A stretch of DNA of 64,000 nt, taken from assembly GCF_020745735.1 (NCBI RefSeq), contig NC_083435.1, positions 19,281,231-19,345,230 of the forward strand, given 5' to 3'. A program made the position numbers and the translations under genes. Source of the stretch: Hemiscyllium ocellatum. Lineage: Eukaryota. Below the pieces are notes generated by a model, which worked only from the letters and a program-made list of their open reading frames with translations, did no database searches and was not told where the DNA came from. Of this stretch, positions 63,570 through 64,000 are shown in pieces; positions within the stretch are counted from its first letter, which is position 1, and each line of letters opens with the position of its first letter.

Positions 63570-63700
63570 GCGAAAGTGAGGACTGCAGATAGTGGAGGTC
63601 AGAGTCAAGATTAGTGCGATGCTGGAAAAGCACAGCAGGTCAGGCAGCATCTGAGGAGCAGGAAAATCGACGTTTCATGCAAAAGCTCTTCATAAGGAAT
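63570..63700 (-). mobile_element. Family-A hammerhead arm, degenerate
   Basis: Matches the family-A consensus. Confidence 0.75.
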
Positions 63701-64000
63701 GCCAGTCTGTCTCTAAAGGGGACAAATGGATGCAATATATTTAGATTGTCAGTAGGCATTTGATAAAGCACCACATATTAGACTACTAATAAGATCCGAG
63801 CCCATGATAAGTATATTAAACATGGATAGAGATGGGCTAACTAACAGACGACATAGAGTAGGGGTAAAAGGGGCAATTTTCAGATTGTATGTTCAGACTG
63901 AATGCTGGGCTTGCAATTTGTTACAATATATTAATGCCTTGGATGCTGATGGAATGAATGTACTGTAGTCAAATCTAGAGCTGTGGTGAAAAATAGATGG

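Overview
Eukaryotic, repeat-dominated vertebrate DNA. The repeat complement points to an elasmobranch (shark): CR1/HER1-type LINEs, HE1-type tRNA-SINEs sharing CR1-like tails, Tx1 LINEs, Penelope-like elements and Harbinger remnants. That taxonomic call is an inference, not a database result. One host gene is well supported, on the minus strand: a signal-peptide exon (19025-18953) spliced phase 1 to a single V-set Ig exon (13508-13116). The domain is of the CD2/CEACAM/HEPACAM/VSTM5 type without the canonical B-F disulfide, and it carries an unusual C-x10-C insert. Its 3' exon(s) could not be fixed. A CpG-rich region at about 18.9-23.5 kb holds a gapped ~2 kb compound VNTR. Several weaker exon-like segments suggest an unidentified plus-strand gene. 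The most distinctive accessory signal is a population of short, fold-back, TSD-flanked elements with minimal type-I hammerhead ribozyme motifs (CUGANGA-A-stemII-GAAA-palindrome), in about four sequence families. One copy is physically attached to a Penelope GIY-YIG endonuclease remnant, and one (22891-22926) is structurally complete. No rRNA, true tRNA genes or CRISPR arrays were found. Most ORF-track entries are TE fragments or chance ORFs. Repeat boundaries are approximate unless a TSD is quoted.
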